A stretch of 64,000 nucleotides of DNA from Gammaproteobacteria bacterium (lineage in GTDB: Bacteria > Pseudomonadota > Gammaproteobacteria > Eutrophobiales > Eutrophobiaceae): the NCBI GenBank assembly GCA_965601665.1, contig OZ271833.1, positions 5,092-69,091 on the forward strand, given 5' to 3'. Below the pieces are notes generated by a model. The model did not search any database and was not told where the DNA came from. It was given only the letters and a program-made list of their open reading frames with translations. Both the position numbers and the translations under genes were made by a program. Each line of letters begins with the position of its first letter. Positions within the stretch are counted from its first letter, which is position 1. Shown piece after piece: positions 27,294 through 38,038 of the stretch.

Positions 27294-28565
27294 GTGAACT
27301 ACATAAAAACAAAACGGAGACTCATTGTTACCGGATTAATGAGTATCCTGTTGTTCGGACAGGCCAATGCAGAAGATGATTTTATTTCTGCCCTGAAGGG
27401 AGGCACGTTTAATTTTCAATCTAACACGCGTTACGAATATATAGATGATGAGTTCAGGGCTGCAGGGAACCAGGAGGCCGATGCCTTAACAACCAGGACG
27501 GCCCTCGGTTACAAAACCGGCGACTTTTACAACCTGTTTGGCTTCCTCGAGTTTGAAAACGTAACGAACATCACCAATGATAAGCAATACAACGATACGC
27601 AAAATGGTTTGACCCAGTTGCCGGTTATTGCCGACCCTGCCGGTACCGAGGTCAACCAGGCCTACCTGGGCATGAAGCTACTGGAAGGTTCGACGGTTAT
27701 CAAAACCGGAAGACAGCAGATTACGCCGCGTAAGGCGCCGTTCCACCGCTTCCTCGGTACAGTCTTATGGCGTCAGAACTACATGATGCAGGATGCGGTG
27801 ACGATCACTAATACGTCGTTGCCTTCTACAAAAATAATGGCTGGATACATATGGAATAACAATTTCATCACTGGTGATGACCGGGACATGAGCGCTCCTA
27901 TTGTTAACGTCCAATACAGTGGCTTTAAGTATGCAAAACTGGAAGGCTACTACTATGATCTTGAATTCGATGATCTTACTGCCTTGTCAACAACGACTTA
28001 TGGTTTCCGCGCCAGTGGTGGTGTCCCTGTTTTCAATGACAAAACAAAGTTTATTTATGCTGGTGAGTATGCCAGACAGGAAGAGGGTGATAATGCCCCG
28101 GTCGCCTACGATGCTGACTACTACCTTGTCGAAGCAGGGTTTAAAATGGGCTTCGACAATGAGTATCTGAAATCAGTATTGTTCAAGGCAAGCTATGAAG
28201 TACTCGGCAGTGACAACGGCGTACAGTCGTTCCGTACACCGCTAGGTACCAACCATGCCTTCCAGGGCTGGGCTGATTTGTTCCTGAACACGCCAGCGGC
28301 TGGTATTGAGGATACTTACTTTACGATTGTTGCCACCGGTAAATACCAGACAAAAATCATACTAAGATACGACATGTTTGAAGCGGATGAGGGTGGCTTT
28401 GATTACGGTGATGAAATCGGTGTCTGGTTTACCAAGAAGTTTGCCAAGAACTACACGTTGGGTATCAAGTATGCCGGTTACATGGGTGATTCCAATGCCG
28501 GAAATGCGCCCAGGTTTGCCGCTGATCTAACCCGGTTCTGGACCTACTTCACGATCGATTTCTAG
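27294..28565 (+). CDS. outer-membrane porin (probably anion-selective) linked to the nitrate-assimilation locus
   Basis: signal peptide, beta-barrel periodicity, C-terminal aromatic (TIDF). Confidence 0.6.
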   Translation: MNYIKTKRRLIVTGLMSILLFGQANAEDDFISALKGGTFNFQSNTRYEYIDDEFRAAGNQEADALTTRTALGYKTGDFYNLFGFLEFENVTNITNDKQYNDTQNGLTQLPVIADPAGTEVNQAYLGMKLLEGSTVIKTGRQQITPRKAPFHRFLGTVLWRQNYMMQDAVTITNTSLPSTKIMAGYIWNNNFITGDDRDMSAPIVNVQYSGFKYAKLEGYYYDLEFDDLTALSTTTYGFRASGGVPVFNDKTKFIYAGEYARQEEGDNAPVAYDADYYLVEAGFKMGFDNEYLKSVLFKASYEVLGSDNGVQSFRTPLGTNHAFQGWADLFLNTPAAGIEDTYFTIVATGKYQTKIILRYDMFEADEGGFDYGDEIGVWFTKKFAKNYTLGIKYAGYMGDSNAGNAPRFAADLTRFWTYFTIDF

Positions 28566-28593
28566 TTAGTGACCGGGTAAACCGTTCTGTCAT

Positions 28594-28630
28594 AAACCTC
28601 CCCCGTTTGTTGCGGGAGAGGTTTATTTTT
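28594..28630 (+). terminator. intrinsic terminator after the porin gene
   Basis: AACCTCCCCCG-tttgtt-GCGGGAGAGGTT followed by T-run. Confidence 0.55.
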
Positions 28631-28676
28631 AATCAATATAAATATACTGTGCGTTTTTCATTCACGAATTACCTGT

Positions 28677-29273
28677 TTGATGAGCAAGGAAAAACAACAG
28701 TTAAATATCATGCTAATAGACGAGCTACCAGAGCGGTCTATGGCTATGGAGAAGCTGCTCACCAACCTGGGGCATAAAATAGTAGCTACTGTATCGGCAG
28801 GCGATGACCTGGCTGGCATGGTTAACCGCTATTCGCCTGACATCATCATTATCGATATGGACTCTCCTGATCGCGATACGATCGAACATATGCAAAGTAT
28901 CAGCGCAGAAAAACCGCGTCCGATCGTCATGTTTACCAATGATGATGATAGCAACACGATACAAAAGGCGGTAAAGGCCGGTGTAACGGCATACGTTGTT
29001 GATGGCATGCATCCAAACCGGGTCATGCCTATTCTTGATACGGCCATGGCACGGTTCAACGAGTACCAGGCGATCCGAAATGAACTGGAGAAGACCAGGA
29101 ACACGCTGGAGGAAAGAAAACTCATCGAGCGTGCCAAGGGCATCGTCATGAAGCAGACGAACCAGGATGAAGAAGCGGCCTTTAAGTCAATGCAACAAAC
29201 GGCAATGAGTAGAAACATGAAACTGGTCGAACTGGCGCGCAGCATTATCGCTGCAGCTGAACTCTTGAAATAG
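28677..29273 (+). CDS. nasT: nitrate/nitrite-responsive antiterminator, response-regulator receiver plus ANTAR domain
   Basis: receiver domain (IIIIDMDSPD...) and C-terminal ANTAR helix pair (LEERKLIERAKGIVM...AFKSMQQTAMSRNMKLVELARSII). Confidence 0.85.
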   Translation: MMSKEKQQLNIMLIDELPERSMAMEKLLTNLGHKIVATVSAGDDLAGMVNRYSPDIIIIDMDSPDRDTIEHMQSISAEKPRPIVMFTNDDDSNTIQKAVKAGVTAYVVDGMHPNRVMPILDTAMARFNEYQAIRNELEKTRNTLEERKLIERAKGIVMKQTNQDEEAAFKSMQQTAMSRNMKLVELARSIIAAAELLK

Positions 29274-29288
29274 AAACCGGAAATTAGC

Positions 29289-30581
29289 ATGCCTCAACAA
29301 CACTTTCCTATTCCAGAAAAAAGCGAATTGAAACTGGGATTTATTCCACTTATCGATTGCTGTGTTCTCGTTGCAGCGAAAGAAAAAGGGTTTTTTGACA
29401 AGTACGGCCTTGATGTTTCACTGTCGCGCGAGGCCTCATGGGCGAATATTCGCGACAAGGTGTGCGTGGGCGCACTTGATGGTGCGCAAATGCTGGCGGG
29501 TATGAGCATCGCAACTACGCTGGGACTGGGTTTTACAAAAAAACCCATGGTCACGTCATTCAGCATGAATCTTAACGGCAACGCTATTACGGTATCGAAT
29601 TCCCTGTATGAGCGCCTGTTAAAGGTCGATGCCGAGATCGAAACCGACCCCAATCGTTCTGCATTGGCCTTGAAGCAGCTGATAGAACAGGAACGTGTCG
29701 ACGGAAAACCCGCGATCACCTTCGCGATGGTGTACCCGTATTCTAACCATAATTATGAACTACGTTACTGGATGGCCAGTGCCGGCATTGATCCGGATCA
29801 GGACGTCGAACTCAGGGTGATTCCACCGCAGTATATGGTTGATAACCTGAAAGATGGTGTGATTGATGGATTCTGTGTCGGTGAACCCTGGAACAGCGCG
29901 GCTATCAACAAAGGTGTTGGTCATTTAATTACCAGTGGTTATCAAATCTGGAATAACTCACCGGAAAAGATCTTTGGTGTAACGCGGCAATGGGCTGGCA
30001 ATAACCCCAATACACATCTGAGTATCATCATGGCACTGATTGAAGCGGCGGCGTGGATAGACGATTTGCAGAATCGCCATGAGTTTGCCGAGGTACTGGC
30101 GGAGAGTCGATACATTGGTATCGAAGTAGATATTATTCGCAGCTCACTGGCAGGCGAATTTAACAATGCCAATAGCGTTAACGTAAGACAGATTAGCGAC
30201 ATGAATGTGTATCATCGCTACCTGTCAAATTTCCCCTGGTGTTCCCATGCCTGCTGGATCATTAGCCAGATGTACCGCTGGGGACAGTTACAGGATGTGA
30301 TTGATATCAAGCAAATAGCAGAAGCGGTTTACCGCCCGGATGTATATCGACTGGCAGCAACGCAGCTTGGCGTTTTGTACCCGTCGTTTAATTACAAGGA
30401 TGAGGGTATACATGGCTCCAACTGGGCCATGCAGGATGGTAACCAGTCATTTGAAATGGGTGCAGACAGCTTTATGGATGGTGTGACTTTCGATCCAGAT
30501 AACATTGTCAGCTACTTGTCAGGGTTCAGGATCAATCACTGCGACATCGAACTGGCGCAGTTGGAAAAGTTGAACTGTTAA
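29289..30581 (+). CDS. nasS: cytoplasmic NrtA-like nitrate-binding sensor partner of NasT
   Basis: no signal peptide; homologous to the nrtA gene downstream (LKLGFIPLIDC..., [12 protein letters not shown]). Confidence 0.8.
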   Translation: MPQQHFPIPEKSELKLGFIPLIDCCVLVAAKEKGFFDKYGLDVSLSREASWANIRDKVCVGALDGAQMLAGMSIATTLGLGFTKKPMVTSFSMNLNGNAITVSNSLYERLLKVDAEIETDPNRSALALKQLIEQERVDGKPAITFAMVYPYSNHNYELRYWMASAGIDPDQDVELRVIPPQYMVDNLKDGVIDGFCVGEPWNSAAINKGVGHLITSGYQIWNNSPEKIFGVTRQWAGNNPNTHLSIIMALIEAAAWIDDLQNRHEFAEVLAESRYIGIEVDIIRSSLAGEFNNANSVNVRQISDMNVYHRYLSNFPWCSHACWIISQMYRWGQLQDVIDIKQIAEAVYRPDVYRLAATQLGVLYPSFNYKDEGIHGSNWAMQDGNQSFEMGADSFMDGVTFDPDNIVSYLSGFRINHCDIELAQLEKLNC

Positions 30582-30797
30582 CTTGCGCCCAAGTTGTGCA
30601 CGAAATGCGCGCTAGCGAATATTTTGGTGCATCTCAAGTCGGTAACAGTCGATGTGCATTTCGAAAAATATAAGCAATATCAACATGTTTTCTTATTTAT
30701 CGCGATTGGCACACGTCTTGCGATATAGAATTGAGATTTAAGTATGAGGTTACGTTAGCCTCAAATTCATTACTGACAAATTGGTAATAAAGGGCAA

Positions 30798-30836
30798 AGG
30801 CGTCCTGAAGCTATCAGCTTCTGGACGCTTTTTTTA
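30798..30836 (+). terminator. leader terminator upstream of nrtA (likely NasT antitermination target)
   Basis: GGCGTCC-TGAAGC-tatca-GCTTC-TGGACGC followed by T7, 30 nt before the nrtA start. Confidence 0.65.
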
Positions 30837-30867
30837 TGCCTGAAATTCATAACTGGAGTAGGTATCA

Positions 30868-32232
30868 ATGAAACATTTATTTAAAGGGAAGGCGATAGGG
30901 CTTGTCATCTCGGCATCTTTAGCGCTGTTTACAACCTTGTCTGTGCAGGCGGTTGATGACCTGGAAAAAGAAGACTTGAAGTTTGGTTTTATCAAACTGA
31001 CTGATATGGCACCTCTGGCTATCGCCTATGAAAAGGGTTACTTCGAGGACGAGGGCCTGTATGTCACGTTGGAGCCCCAGGCTAACTGGAAGGTATTACT
31101 GGATCGCGTTATCGATGGTGAACTTGATGGTGCGCATATGCTTGCAGGACAGCCACTGGGCGCGACGATTGGTTTCGGTACCAAGGCCGATGTTATTACC
31201 GCGTTTAGTATGGACTTGAATGGTAACGGCATCACCGTATCCAACGACATCTGGGAACAGATGAAAGCCAACGTTCCCATGGGTGATGATGGTAAACCCG
31301 TGCATCCAATCAAGGCCGATTACCTGAAACCTGTTGTTGAAAAATACAAGGCTGAAGGTAAGCCGTTCAATATGGGCATGGTATTTCCGGTATCTACCCA
31401 TAACTATGAATTACGTTACTGGCTTGCCGCAGGTGGAATTCACCCTGGTTATTACTCTGCAACCGATATCACCGGTCAGATTAGTGCCGATGCATTGTTA
31501 TCTGTTACACCACCACCACAAATGCCGGCCACGCTTGAAGCAGGTACGATTTACGGCTACTGCGTAGGAGAGCCCTGGAACCAGCAGGCCGTGTTCAAGG
31601 GCATCGGTGTTCCGGTTATTACTGACTATGAAATCTGGAAAGACAATCCGGAAAAAGTATTTGGTGTGAGTAAGGCGTGGGCTGATGCCAACCCGAATAC
31701 ACACAAGGCGGTAGTAAAGGCGTTAATACGTGCCGGACAGTGGCTGGACGCGGACAACGGTGCTAACCGTAAAGAGGCAGTGGAAATATTATCGCGTTCG
31801 GAATACGTCGGTGCTGACTTTGACGTTATCGCCAACAGCATGACCGGTACTTTCGAATATGAAAAAGGCGATAAACGTTCGCTACCCGATTTCAACGTGT
31901 TCTACCGTTACTATGCAACCTATCCGTTTTACAGCGATGCAATCTGGTATCTAACCCAGATGCGACGTTGGGGCCAGATCACCGAGGGTAAACCTGACGA
32001 GTGGTACCACGATGTTGCAAAGAAAGTATATCGCCCGGATATCTACCTGGCTGCTGCCGAAGAACTGGTTGCGGATGGTCTCATCAAGAAAGAGGACATC
32101 CCATGGGATACCAGCGGTTACAAGCCGCCACAGACCGAGTTTATCGACAATATTACGTTTGATGGTAGTAAACCCAATGATTACCTCTCGCAGTTCCCGA
32201 TTGGTTTGAAAGGTGATGACAAGGTCGAGTGA
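30868..32232 (+). CDS. nrtA: nitrate ABC transporter periplasmic substrate-binding protein
   Basis: signal peptide; NrtA/TauA fold motifs ([25 protein letters not shown]). Confidence 0.85.
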   Translation: MKHLFKGKAIGLVISASLALFTTLSVQAVDDLEKEDLKFGFIKLTDMAPLAIAYEKGYFEDEGLYVTLEPQANWKVLLDRVIDGELDGAHMLAGQPLGATIGFGTKADVITAFSMDLNGNGITVSNDIWEQMKANVPMGDDGKPVHPIKADYLKPVVEKYKAEGKPFNMGMVFPVSTHNYELRYWLAAGGIHPGYYSATDITGQISADALLSVTPPPQMPATLEAGTIYGYCVGEPWNQQAVFKGIGVPVITDYEIWKDNPEKVFGVSKAWADANPNTHKAVVKALIRAGQWLDADNGANRKEAVEILSRSEYVGADFDVIANSMTGTFEYEKGDKRSLPDFNVFYRYYATYPFYSDAIWYLTQMRRWGQITEGKPDEWYHDVAKKVYRPDIYLAAAEELVADGLIKKEDIPWDTSGYKPPQTEFIDNITFDGSKPNDYLSQFPIGLKGDDKVE

Positions 32233-32316
32233 CTTTCCCCCTCCGATAAAGACACTCTGCTCCGGCGCCTGCAATTGGGCAGGCGCCATAACAGTTTTAT
32301 AAACACATAGAGAAAG

Positions 32317-33435
32317 ATGATGGAAACAAATACGGCAATCAAACAGGAAGACCTGGCGGCTGAACCTGTTAGTGCACAAAAAGAACAGGTGACTGAAACC
32401 ATGCCTGCAGGTGTCGCCATGCCGACCCGGCTATGTAATTTTTTTGAACTGGTCGGGCTGACCTGGTTTATTCCCTTGGTCAAGCTGGGCGTTGGTGAAG
32501 ATCCCCAGGAACAATTCAAGCAGCTAATGCTATTGATTGGCGTGCCAGTCGTTGCCTTTGCGTTATTCCTGGCCTTGTGGAACTGGTCCGCTGCCAAGGT
32601 CGAGACCAGCCTGGGTGCGATACCCGGTCCGGCTGCGGTTTGGGAGCAGGCAGGTAACCTGGTAAGCGATCATTATCGCGAACGTGAAAAGGAAGCGGCT
32701 TTTTATCAGCGCCAGGTGGAACGTAACGAAAAGAAACTGGCCAAGAACCCTGATGCCGAAGTAAAGATCAGGCCTTATACCGGCCCACCGACGTATTTCG
32801 ATCAGATCGTAACAAGTCTATACACAGTATTTACAGGTTTCGTGCTGGCTACGCTGGTTGCTGTACCGTTGGGAATCCTCTGTGGCTTAAGCTCCATCAT
32901 CAACACAGCGTTGAATCCATTAATTCAAATATTCAAACCGGTATCGCCACTGGCGTGGTTGCCTATCGTTACCCTGGTCGTCAGTGCTACCTATGAGATC
33001 AATGACGACTCCTGGTTTGACAAGTCATTTTTGACCTCTGCGATTACCGTCACTTTGTGTTCATTATGGCCAACACTGATTAATACGGCCGTCGGTGTGG
33101 CATCAATTGATAAAGACCTGATGAATGTATCCAGGGTCTTGAAGCTAAGCTGGCTTAAGACGGTAACCAAAATTGTTTTGCCCAGCGCGTTGCCTTTGAT
33201 TTTTACCGGTCTGCGCCTGTCTCTGGGTGTGGGCTGGATGGTATTGATCGCGGCTGAAATGCTGGCGCAAAACCCGGGGCTGGGTAAATTTGTCTGGGAT
33301 GAATTCCAGAATGGTAGCTCGCAGTCACTGGGCAAGATCATGGTCGCTGTATTTACCATCGGTTTCATTGGTTTTCTGCTCGACCGCATCATGCTGACGC
33401 TGCAAAAGTTTTTCACTTTTGGCGAAAGTCGCTAG
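32317..33435 (+). CDS. nrtB: nitrate ABC transporter permease
   Basis: binding-protein-dependent transport inner-membrane component (EAA-like loop around LIAAEMLAQNPGLG). Confidence 0.85.
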   Translation: MMETNTAIKQEDLAAEPVSAQKEQVTETMPAGVAMPTRLCNFFELVGLTWFIPLVKLGVGEDPQEQFKQLMLLIGVPVVAFALFLALWNWSAAKVETSLGAIPGPAAVWEQAGNLVSDHYREREKEAAFYQRQVERNEKKLAKNPDAEVKIRPYTGPPTYFDQIVTSLYTVFTGFVLATLVAVPLGILCGLSSIINTALNPLIQIFKPVSPLAWLPIVTLVVSATYEINDDSWFDKSFLTSAITVTLCSLWPTLINTAVGVASIDKDLMNVSRVLKLSWLKTVTKIVLPSALPLIFTGLRLSLGVGWMVLIAAEMLAQNPGLGKFVWDEFQNGSSQSLGKIMVAVFTIGFIGFLLDRIMLTLQKFFTFGESR

Positions 33436-33445
33436 GAGAAGCTAA

Positions 33446-35122
33446 ATGTCATTTCTTAGTGTAACGAATCTAAATAAATCCTACGGTCATGGTAGCAATG
33501 CCACCCATGTGCTCAAGGACATTAACCTGACGATTACTGAAGGCGAGTTTGTCGCTATTGTTGGTTTTTCCGGTAGCGGCAAGACCACGCTGATCTCTGC
33601 CATCGCCGGTTTAATCCAGGGTGATGCAGGTAGTGTCATGCTGGATGGCAAGCAGGTTAAGGAACCCGGGCCAGAGCGTGGCGTGGTTTTCCAGAATTAT
33701 TCCCTCATGCCCTGGTTGACAGTGTATGGCAACGTCGCCCTGTCGGTAGATGCCATATACACGGACTGGTCGGCAGGACAGCGCCGCGCCCATACTGAAA
33801 AATATGTTGAAATGGTAGGTCTCTCTCACGCCACCAATCGAAGACCGGCTGAACTGTCCGGTGGTATGCGGCAGCGTGTGAACGTGGCGCGTGCCCTGGC
33901 TGCCAGTCCTGACGTGTTATTACTGGACGAACCCTTAAGCGCACTGGATGCACTGACACGGGCCAAGCTACAGGATGAAATTATTCGCATATGGGAGCAG
34001 GAAAAGAAAACCGTCATCCTGATTACCAACGACGTGGATGAGGGTCTCATCATGGCGGACCGCATTATTCCCCTGAATCCGGGACCGGATGCGACATTCG
34101 GGCCAGAGTTCATTGTCGATCTGGATCGGCCTCGTGATCGCAGCGCGATGAACCATGACGAAAAGTTTAAAAAACTGCGTGGCGAGATAACGCAGTATCT
34201 GATGAAGGTTGGCATCGATGAAACAGGTGGCAACACGGATAACGTCATACAACTGCCACCGGTAAAACCCATCGATCGTAGTGCCGAGGCAAGTAAAAGT
34301 ACCGTGCCAGGTGTTTTGCAGTCATATATGAAAAACCGCGGCGAACCCAAGTACCTGGAATTTTATAACCTGACCAAGGTGTACCCAACGCCGAAGGGGC
34401 CATTGACCGTTGTGGATGGCTTTAACCTGAACATGAATAAGGGTGAATTCATTTCCGTTATCGGTCACTCCGGTTGTGGTAAATCGACAGTGCTGTCAAT
34501 GACGGCAGGGCTGAATGACATCAGTGATGGTGGCATTGTGCTTGATAAACGTGAAATAGATGGCGCCGGTCCTGACCGCGCTGTCGTATTCCAGGCTCCC
34601 AGTCTATTCCCATGGATGACCGCATCAGAAAACGTGGCACTGGGTGTGGAAAGCGTTTATCCACATGCAACGTTAAAGGAGCGCAATGAAATCGTTGAAT
34701 ACTACCTGACCCGGGTTGGTCTTGGTGATGCATTACATAAAAAAGCATCAGAGCTTTCCAATGGCATGAAGCAACGCGTCGGCATAGCTCGCGCCTTCGC
34801 GCTGTCGCCAAAACTGTTATTACTGGATGAACCTTTCGGCATGTTGGACTCGTTAACACGCTGGGAATTACAGGAGGTGTTAATGGAAGTCTGGGCGCGC
34901 ACGCAGGTAACGGCCATCGTTGTTACCCATGATGTGGATGAGGCCATTCTCCTTGCCGACCGCGTGGTCATGATGACTAATGGACCCAACGCCAAAGTGG
35001 GGAAAGTCATGGAAGTTGACTTGCCACGCCCACGCAGCCGCAAGGCGTTGGTTTCGCACCCGGATTATTACCGCTACCGGGAAGAGTTAATTACGTTCCT
35101 TGCTGAATGTGACAACCATTAA
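33446..35122 (+). CDS. nitrate ABC transporter ATPase with two fused ATP-binding domains (NrtC/NrtD-like)
   Basis: two Walker A motifs (GFSGSGKTT; GHSGCGKST), two LSGG signatures. Confidence 0.85.
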   Translation: MSFLSVTNLNKSYGHGSNATHVLKDINLTITEGEFVAIVGFSGSGKTTLISAIAGLIQGDAGSVMLDGKQVKEPGPERGVVFQNYSLMPWLTVYGNVALSVDAIYTDWSAGQRRAHTEKYVEMVGLSHATNRRPAELSGGMRQRVNVARALAASPDVLLLDEPLSALDALTRAKLQDEIIRIWEQEKKTVILITNDVDEGLIMADRIIPLNPGPDATFGPEFIVDLDRPRDRSAMNHDEKFKKLRGEITQYLMKVGIDETGGNTDNVIQLPPVKPIDRSAEASKSTVPGVLQSYMKNRGEPKYLEFYNLTKVYPTPKGPLTVVDGFNLNMNKGEFISVIGHSGCGKSTVLSMTAGLNDISDGGIVLDKREIDGAGPDRAVVFQAPSLFPWMTASENVALGVESVYPHATLKERNEIVEYYLTRVGLGDALHKKASELSNGMKQRVGIARAFALSPKLLLLDEPFGMLDSLTRWELQEVLMEVWARTQVTAIVVTHDVDEAILLADRVVMMTNGPNAKVGKVMEVDLPRPRSRKALVSHPDYYRYREELITFLAECDNH

Positions 35123-35143
35123 TGTTGTGGATGTTAAAACGCT

Positions 35144-37657
35144 ATGAGTAAAAGTCGTATTGTCGTGATAGGTAATGGCATGGTTGGTCATTACTATGTC
35201 GAAAAATTGCTGCAGACCGAACTTGATGTTGCCATCACCGTGATTGGGGCCGAACCCAGGCCTGCCTACGATCGTGTTCATCTATCTGAATTTTTTGCCG
35301 GTAAAAAACCGGAAGAACTGGCCTTAACGACCCGTGAGTTTTACGAGGAACACAACGTTGAAGCCTGTTTTGGTGATCCGGTTACGGCGATCGATACTGA
35401 ACAAAAATCGGTATGCACTAAAAGCGGACGTTCATTCAGCTACGATAAACTGGTACTGGCAACCGGTTCCTATCCGTTTGTGCCGCCAATGCCCGGCCAT
35501 GACCTGCCTCATTGCCTGACCTACCGCACAATTGATGACCTGGGTGATATCAAGGCCAGTGCCCGGAAAAGTAAGGTTGGTGTTGTCGTGGGTGGTGGTT
35601 TACTGGGACTCGAATGCGCCAATGCATTAGTCAACCTTGGCCTTGAGACGCATGTTATCCAGATTTCATCGGGTTTGATGAACGTGCAGCTGGATGAGGG
35701 CGGTAGCCAGATGCTGAAAACCAAAATCGAGGACCTGGGTGTCAAGGTTCATACCAGTACGGTTACCGAGAAGATCGTTGAAGGCGATCAGCACCGTTTA
35801 AAAATGTGTTTTGCCGACGGCGGTGAACTGGAAACCGACATGATTGTGTTCTCAGCCGGGATTCGTCCCAACGATCAGCTGGCCGAGCCAAGCGGGCTGG
35901 AAAAGGGAGAGCGCGGCGGGTTTGTCGTTGATTACCATTGTCGTACCAGTAACAGTGATATTTATGCCATTGGTGAATGTGCAAACTGGGGCGGACAAAC
36001 GTTTGGTCTTGTTGGGCCGGGCTATCGTATGGCCGATGTGGCCATTAGCCAGTTACTGGATGAAAAAGTATTTTTCCAGGGTGCAGATATGAGCACCAAG
36101 TTAAAACTTCTTGGTGTAGATGTTGGATCGATTGGCGACTCGCTTGGTAACACAGCTGGAAGTCAACGCTATGTTTATTGCAACCCGCGTGAACAGGTAT
36201 ATAAAAGCATCGTAGTCCGTGCCGATGGCAAGAAATTATGGGGTGCCGTACTGGTTGGTGATACTTCCGATTACGATAACCTGTTGCAATATTACCTGAA
36301 CGGTATTGACCTTCCTGCAGAGCCTGAATCACTCATCCTGCCAACAATCGAAGGCAACAGTGCGGCGCTCGGGCCAGATCTATTACCGGATACAGCGACA
36401 ATATGTTCATGCCATAACGTCAGTAAAGGTGCGATCATCTCGGCAATGGACAATGGCTGTTGCTCTGTTGCTGACGTCAAAGCAGAAACGGCAGCTTCTA
36501 CCGGCTGCGGTGGTTGTGCCGCATTATTAAAGTCCATTGTCGATCTTGAAATGGAAAAACGCGGTATGGAAGTCAATCGTGATATCTGCGAACACTTTCC
36601 TTATACACGCCAGGATCTGTACATGCTCATCCGAGCAGAAGGAACCAAAACGTTCGAGGAACTGATTGCCAAACATGGTAAGGGCAAGGGCTGCGATATT
36701 TGCAAGCCCGCCGTGGGCTCTATCCTCGCATCATGCTGGAATGACTTTGTATTGAAAAACTCTCTTGCGCAGTTACAGGATACCAACGATCACTTCCTTG
36801 CCAATATGCAAAAGAACGGCACTTATTCCGTCGTACCGCGTGTTGCGGGGGGAGAGATAACGCCGGATAAATTGATTGTGCTCGGTGAAGTAGCGAAGAA
36901 ATACCAGCTCTATACCAAGATTACCGGTGGTCAGCGCATTGACTTATTCGGTGCCAGGGTCGACCAGTTGCCATCGATCTGGGAAGAACTGATTGCAGCC
37001 GGTTTCGAGTCAGGCCATGCCTATGCCAAGGCCCTGCGAACGGTCAAATCATGTGTTGGTAGCACCTGGTGTCGATATGGCGTACAGGATAGTGTGAAGA
37101 TGGCTATCGATCTCGAAAACCGTTACAAGGGCTTACGTTCACCGCATAAGATGAAGATGGCGGTATCCGGTTGCACGCGCGAATGTGCCGAAGCGCAAAG
37201 TAAGGATGTGGGTGTGATTGCAACCGAGAACGGCTGGAATCTATATGTCTGTGGTAACGGCGGCATGAAACCGCGTCACGCTGACTTGTTTGCCTCTGAT
37301 CTCGATGATGAAACCTTGATCAAATACATCGATCGGTTTTTCATGTTTTACATACGTACGGCAGATCGACTGCAACGAACAGCCACATGGATGGATAACC
37401 TGGAAGGTGGTCTGGATTATCTCAGGGAAGTGATTATTGACGATAAGCTGGGAATCTGCGCCGAGCTTGAAAAAGAAATGCTCAATATTATTGATACCTA
37501 CCAATGCGAATGGAAGACAACCATAGAAGACGAGCAAAAAGTAAAACGTTTCCGACATTTTGTTAACAGTGATAAGAAAGATAACAAGGTGGTTTTTGTT
37601 CAGGAACGTAACCAGGTACGCCCGGCAACAGAAGAAGAACTGGCCGAAACAGCATAG
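35144..37657 (+). CDS. nirB: assimilatory NAD(P)H nitrite reductase large subunit
   Basis: 837 aa; FAD/NAD fold, two BFD-like 2Fe-2S motifs, sirohaem/4Fe-4S region (CVGSTWCRYG, SGCTRECAEA). Confidence 0.92.
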   Translation: MSKSRIVVIGNGMVGHYYVEKLLQTELDVAITVIGAEPRPAYDRVHLSEFFAGKKPEELALTTREFYEEHNVEACFGDPVTAIDTEQKSVCTKSGRSFSYDKLVLATGSYPFVPPMPGHDLPHCLTYRTIDDLGDIKASARKSKVGVVVGGGLLGLECANALVNLGLETHVIQISSGLMNVQLDEGGSQMLKTKIEDLGVKVHTSTVTEKIVEGDQHRLKMCFADGGELETDMIVFSAGIRPNDQLAEPSGLEKGERGGFVVDYHCRTSNSDIYAIGECANWGGQTFGLVGPGYRMADVAISQLLDEKVFFQGADMSTKLKLLGVDVGSIGDSLGNTAGSQRYVYCNPREQVYKSIVVRADGKKLWGAVLVGDTSDYDNLLQYYLNGIDLPAEPESLILPTIEGNSAALGPDLLPDTATICSCHNVSKGAIISAMDNGCCSVADVKAETAASTGCGGCAALLKSIVDLEMEKRGMEVNRDICEHFPYTRQDLYMLIRAEGTKTFEELIAKHGKGKGCDICKPAVGSILASCWNDFVLKNSLAQLQDTNDHFLANMQKNGTYSVVPRVAGGEITPDKLIVLGEVAKKYQLYTKITGGQRIDLFGARVDQLPSIWEELIAAGFESGHAYAKALRTVKSCVGSTWCRYGVQDSVKMAIDLENRYKGLRSPHKMKMAVSGCTRECAEAQSKDVGVIATENGWNLYVCGNGGMKPRHADLFASDLDDETLIKYIDRFFMFYIRTADRLQRTATWMDNLEGGLDYLREVIIDDKLGICAELEKEMLNIIDTYQCEWKTTIEDEQKVKRFRHFVNSDKKDNKVVFVQERNQVRPATEEELAETA

Positions 37658-37665
37658 GAAAAAAG

Positions 37666-38031
37666 ATGGAAGCAGCAGCTAACTGTAACACAGGCGAACA
37701 ACAATCAGATGACTGGGTCTCTGTATGTAGAATTAACGACGTGATCGATAACATCGGGATCTGTGCGTTACTGGAAAGTGAACAGGTGGCAGTCTTCAAG
37801 TTCAGCGACGGTTCACTGTACGCCATCGATAATTACGACCCTTTTAGCAACGCTAATGTGATATCCAGGGGAATCAGCGGCGATCTGCAAGGTCAGCCCG
37901 TTGTTGCGTCGCCAATTTACAAGCAACACTTCAACCTGGAAACCGGTCAATGCCTTGAAGACGAATCCGTGACGCTGACGACTTACTTGGTTAGCGTGAT
38001 TGACGGAGTAGTTCATATCGCCAGGAAATAA
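37666..38031 (+). CDS. nirD: nitrite reductase small subunit (Rieske-like)
   Basis: 121 aa immediately after nirB, NirD-like beta-sandwich sequence. Confidence 0.85.
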   Translation: MEAAANCNTGEQQSDDWVSVCRINDVIDNIGICALLESEQVAVFKFSDGSLYAIDNYDPFSNANVISRGISGDLQGQPVVASPIYKQHFNLETGQCLEDESVTLTTYLVSVIDGVVHIARK

Positions 38032-38038
38032 ACAGGGC

